From: Bacillota bacterium
GTDB lineage: Bacteria > Bacillota > Clostridia > Saccharofermentanales > DTU023
Direction of reading: 5' to 3'
Length of the DNA stretch: 64,000 nucleotides
NCBI GenBank assembly: GCA_023426575.1
Contig: JAFAAL010000001.1
Location: 5,243 to 69,242 of the forward strand
Part shown: positions 60,934 through 64,000 of the stretch, piece after piece
How positions within the stretch are numbered: position 1 is the stretch's first letter
Layout of the letters: every line of letters begins with the position of its first letter
The notes under the pieces: generated by a model
What the model saw: only the letters and a program-made list of their open reading frames with translations
Databases searched by the model: none
Told to the model about the DNA's origin: nothing
Position numbers and translations under genes: made by a program

Positions 60934-62076
60934 TTATTTGGCCTGCCACTCTTTAAACATTTCTTCGGTGTAGGGAACGACGATCTCGCCGCTCTTGATT
61001 TTCTCTTCGACCAGCTTGACCTTCTCGAGCACCTCAGGGGCGACGTGCTTGTCCGAGGAGGGGGCGATGCCGACGCCACCGTCTTCGATACCGAAGAGGA
61101 CGGTCTTGCCACCGAGATCCTCACCGTCGAAGATCCGCTTGGTGATGGCAAAGATGGCGACATCGATGTTCTTCAGGGCAGAGGTCAGGACGTTGTCCGG
61201 AGCCAGGGCATTCTGGTCGAGGTCGACGCCGATCGCCCACTTGTCGAGCTCCTTGGCCGCTTCGATGACGCCTGAGCCCGCGAGACCCGCGCACTGGAAG
61301 ACGATGTCAGCGCCGTCGTGGTACATCTGCTGGGCGGCTGCCTTGGCCTTGGCGGTGTCGGAGAAGGACTCGATATTGGTGTAGAGGAATTCGATCTCCT
61401 TGCCGAGTTCCTTGGCGGCCTGGCGGATGCCCGCCTCATAGCCATAGCGGAAGCGGAACATCGTCGGGAACTCCATGCCGATGACCATGCCGACCTTGTC
61501 GGTCTTGGTCGTCATGCCAGCGATATAGCCAACGAGGAAGGAGGACTGCTCAGCGGCAAATTGCACGCCGACTGCGTTCGGCAGCTCGCCATCTTCCCAG
61601 TTGTCATCGATCAGACCGAACATTTGCTCGGGATAATCCTTGGCGACTTCGGTCACGGAATCCTTCATCAGGAAGCCGATGCCCCAGATGAGATCGTGGC
61701 CCTGGTCGACACTGAGTTCGAGGTTCGGCGCATAGTCCGCATCCTTATGAGACTCGAGGAAGCTGACCTGCATCTTCAGTTCGTTCTTCAGGCGCTCCAT
61801 GCCGTTCCAGGCGGACTGGTTAAAAGACTCATCATTGATTCCACCCTCGTCGGTGATCATGATGACCTTCTTATCACTGTAATCCTGATTGGTCTCAGCC
61901 TCTGCTTCTGTGTCTGCCGGGGCCTCTGCAGACTCTGCTGTGGTCTCGGGCGTCTCAGCATCAGCTGTAGCCTCGGCCGCGGTCGTCTCTTCGACCTTCG
62001 TCGTGTGAGCGTTATCGCAGGCGACAAAACTCGCGAGGAAAATGAGAGCTAAGACTAAGCTCAAAAATTTTCTCAT
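60934..62076 (-). CDS. BMP-family (PnrA/Med/NupN-like) ABC substrate-binding lipoprotein
   Basis: Start at MRKFLSLVLALIFLASFVAC (lipobox). Ala/Glu/Thr-rich linker. BMP-type motifs ITDEGGINDESFNQSAW and FAAEQSSFLVGY. Confidence 0.85.
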   Translation of the reverse strand: MRKFLSLVLALIFLASFVACDNAHTTKVEETTAAEATADAETPETTAESAEAPADTEAEAETNQDYSDKKVIMITDEGGINDESFNQSAWNGMERLKNELKMQVSFLESHKDADYAPNLELSVDQGHDLIWGIGFLMKDSVTEVAKDYPEQMFGLIDDNWEDGELPNAVGVQFAAEQSSFLVGYIAGMTTKTDKVGMVIGMEFPTMFRFRYGYEAGIRQAAKELGKEIEFLYTNIESFSDTAKAKAAAQQMYHDGADIVFQCAGLAGSGVIEAAKELDKWAIGVDLDQNALAPDNVLTSALKNIDVAIFAITKRIFDGEDLGGKTVLFGIEDGGVGIAPSSDKHVAPEVLEKVKLVEEKIKSGEIVVPYTEEMFKEWQAK

Positions 62077-62184
62077 GATTGAAACCTCCAATAAATCTGA
62101 GTCTATGCTCAGTAATGTCTTTATTATAGATGAAAAGCCACAAAAAAACAGGTGTCGATTTTGCCGTCAACTCCTGGGAAACGG

Positions 62185-62222
62185 CAAAAAAATCGAGTCC
62201 TGCCTTCTGTGCAGGACTCGAT
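62185..62222 (-). terminator. rho-independent terminator after the DUF4349-like gene
   Basis: Minus strand reads ATCGAGTCCTGC-ACAGAAG-GCAGGACTCGAT (perfect 12-bp stem) followed by TTTTTTT. Confidence 0.75.
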
Positions 62223-62266
62223 CGATGCTTGATCAGTCTCTATTCTTAGCGATCAGACTGTGGCCT

Positions 62267-63316
62267 CTAGCTCTCTTGATCCTCAGACTGCGCGCTAAAG
62301 ACCTCGGGAGCTCTAGCGGACTCGGGATTGACGGGAGCCCCAGGATAGCCAGGACTGGGAGGCATCATGCCCCCGGCCTGCATCCTCTGATAAAACGCCA
62401 TCTCTTCCTCCCGTCTTCTGAGGCGCTGCTTGCGATTGGAGCGACGGACGAGATAGATGATCAGGGTGATGAGGAGGGCGAGGAGAATCAGCCAGGGACC
62501 GAAGACAATCAGGATGTAAAGGAGCTGTTCGGCACCATCGCGGAGCACCCTCAGCGAGATACCAAAGTAATCACTGACCCTCTCGAGGAAGGGCTTGCCT
62601 TGGGCTGTAGAAATATCTTCTGCCTGGACGACGCGGATATTGGCTGTGATGGTCGACTCATTGACATCTCGATCGACCTCTCTCAGATTGCCCTCGAGAG
62701 ATTCAATCTCGTAGCGCAGCTGATTGAGTCGCTCCTCAATGGTGATCACATCCGCCATGTCTTCGGCCTTGTCGAGCAGCTCCAGCAGACGTTCCTCTTC
62801 CTTGCGCTTATTTTCGAGTCTCGTCTCCGTATCTTGGTAATAGATCGTCTGATCTTCACGGCGAATCTGAGTGGAGGTCGCGACGGCAATCGTCTTGAGC
62901 TCATTGACAAAGTTTTCGGCCTGATCACTCTTGATCCGCCAGACGTAATAAATGTGGCGAATCTGAGCTTCTTCCTGGAGTCCGTAGGGCGTGTCCATGT
63001 CGACCGAGGAGTCGAGAATATAGCCCTCATACTTTTTAAGCAGGGTGGCGAGATCGGACATGACCTTCTGACCATCAAGACATTCCATGGAGAGATCATA
63101 GTGATAGATCACCTTGCGAGCATCAGCGCTCTCTTCGCTTGTGAATTCTCCTGCAGCCTCTTCCCTTACGGCCGTGTCGAGCTCATATCTATCATAGTTC
63201 ACGGACTCCGATTTACGTCCCGTGTCCATGGGCAATGCCTCCTGGCATCCCCAGAGGAGGCCCATGCTCATGATGAGGGCCAAAAGCATGGCCCAGTATC
63301 TTTTATTCATCTGCAC
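62267..63316 (-). CDS. lipoprotein with coiled-coil region and C-terminal TM helices (DUF4349-like architecture)
   Basis: 349 aa. Signal peptide plus lipobox LLWGC. Central coiled-coil-like segment (ERLNQLRYEIESLEGNLREVDRDV). Two C-terminal TM helices, then a Pro-rich tail. The family name is recalled from architecture only. Confidence 0.55.
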   Translation of the reverse strand: MQMNKRYWAMLLALIMSMGLLWGCQEALPMDTGRKSESVNYDRYELDTAVREEAAGEFTSEESADARKVIYHYDLSMECLDGQKVMSDLATLLKKYEGYILDSSVDMDTPYGLQEEAQIRHIYYVWRIKSDQAENFVNELKTIAVATSTQIRREDQTIYYQDTETRLENKRKEEERLLELLDKAEDMADVITIEERLNQLRYEIESLEGNLREVDRDVNESTITANIRVVQAEDISTAQGKPFLERVSDYFGISLRVLRDGAEQLLYILIVFGPWLILLALLITLIIYLVRRSNRKQRLRRREEEMAFYQRMQAGGMMPPSPGYPGAPVNPESARAPEVFSAQSEDQES

Positions 63317-63381
63317 TGCTCCTTTCTCCGTCTCCTTATAGCTGTGTTATATTATAACAGAATCAGAAAGGGGGCAAGGCT

Positions 63382-63927
63382 GTGTCTGATCCTATAAAGA
63401 CATTGGAATCTCGCCTGAGAGAGCGACATCTGCGACCAGGTCGGCGGCTTGAGATCTTGCGGCAACTGGCCGAAGAGGCGATTGCCCTCGACCGGGCCCT
63501 CGAGGTCATGCCGACGATGCGGCGTGCCTATACGCAGAGCCAAGAGCGCGAGGATCGCCAGACCGAGCTTGAGCTCTTGAGACTTCTCGCCCATCTGGAA
63601 TGCCAGACCGGCAATCTCCAAGCAGCGATTGATCTTTTAAGGCTCGAGCTCCACAGGCGCAGCTCACGCGGCCCCGATTACTTTTCCCAGCTTGCTGAAA
63701 ATTACTTCCTCCAAGCTGAGATCTTTGAACAATTGCAGCGGGAGGACACGGCCCGCATCTACTATCAACACTGCATCACCTATGCGGGCTGCTGGCTCGA
63801 GCGGCATCAGGATGCCGCCAATGCTAAAGAGGTGCGAGCGCTCGCTAGAGAGGCGGAGGCAGCACTGCAGAACTCTTATCGAGAGCTTTCAGCAGATCGT
63901 CATCTAGAAAGGGAAGATCATGTCTAA
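63382..63927 (+). CDS. hypothetical all-helical (TPR-like) protein
   Basis: 181 aa. GTG start after a GGGGG SD-like run. Helical-repeat-like composition. Its stop overlaps the next ATG (63920) by 8 nt. Confidence 0.4.
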   Translation: MSDPIKTLESRLRERHLRPGRRLEILRQLAEEAIALDRALEVMPTMRRAYTQSQEREDRQTELELLRLLAHLECQTGNLQAAIDLLRLELHRRSSRGPDYFSQLAENYFLQAEIFEQLQREDTARIYYQHCITYAGCWLERHQDAANAKEVRALAREAEAALQNSYRELSADRHLEREDHV

Positions 63928-64000
63928 ACACGAGATTCGAAAAAGCGAGAACAAAAAGTTTTATGAAGCGCAGAGCCAGCTGGCCACGGCCGCCATGGAA
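63920..64000 (+). CDS. 5' end of an ORF continuing beyond the window
   Basis: ATG 63920 gives MSKHEIRKSENKKFYEAQSQLATAAME... SD GGGAAG. Coupled to the preceding ORF. Truncated by the window edge. Confidence 0.3.
   Translation, partial: MSKHEIRKSENKKFYEAQSQLATAAME

Noticed and set aside
62161-62187. Second hairpin TTGCCGT...ACGGCAA next to the DUF4349-gene terminator, considered as a riboswitch or terminator element
   Set aside because: It has a 7-bp stem and a 13-nt loop, with no U-tract after it on the minus strand. It is probably just part of the terminator flank or the upstream region of the BMP operon. No conserved riboswitch core was recognised.
62042-63397. 451-aa plus-strand ORF covering the DUF4349-like gene region
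   Set aside because: It runs across the SBP start, an AT-rich intergenic region and a strong minus-strand terminator hairpin. By contrast the minus-strand ORF has a lipoprotein signal, a coiled coil and TM helices. I call it spurious.

Overview
This is a GC-rich, gene-dense chromosomal segment whose gene content looks like Firmicutes/Clostridia. That placement is inferred from gene families only; no search was run. I can support about 55 protein genes, one tRNA-Val(GAC), several intrinsic terminators and a few promoter or operator candidates. I saw no transposase, integrase, phage, CRISPR or rRNA features. From left to right the window holds: rnfCDGEAB; rpmB; lplA; upp; an SH3 protein with a degenerate NlpC/P60 domain; acpS; dnaB/dnaD-like and dnaI-like loader genes; pyruvate:ferredoxin oxidoreductase; a fused pgk-tpi; a GT2 glycosyltransferase; a PHP-Nudix fusion; VanW; and an NlpC/P60 hydrolase. 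Next come an XRE/ImmA pair divergent from dinB, an orphan OmpR-type regulator, mgtE behind tRNA-Val, and citDEF. These are followed by a TroABCD-like metal ABC importer, a capBCAD/pgsBCA-ggt-like poly-gamma-glutamate locus, deoC and an unusually decorated CopA-type ATPase. After a two-gene cassette of unknown function (membrane protein plus metzincin-like protein) comes a long minus-strand string. That string links a BMP-type nucleoside ABC transporter, a nucleoside phosphorylase, an unknown isomerase-like gene and an acyltransferase to the oxidative D-ornithine pathway (ord-ortA fusion, ortB, oraS, oraE, mutL-like reactivase, orr) and alr. The best candidates for undescribed biology are four. 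First, the non-mobile XRE + ImmA/IrrE protease operon divergent from dinB, with three related palindromes in the shared 120-bp control region; this may be a LexA-independent damage switch. Second, the membrane protein plus cytoplasmic HExxHxxGxxD protein pair at 42954-44847. Third, the gene fusions: Ord-OrtA, PGK-TIM, PHP-Nudix, and CopA with a distal C-terminal metal-binding domain. Fourth, a cap-type PGA locus in this anaerobe-like context. All family calls rest on motif and sequence recollection, not on searches.
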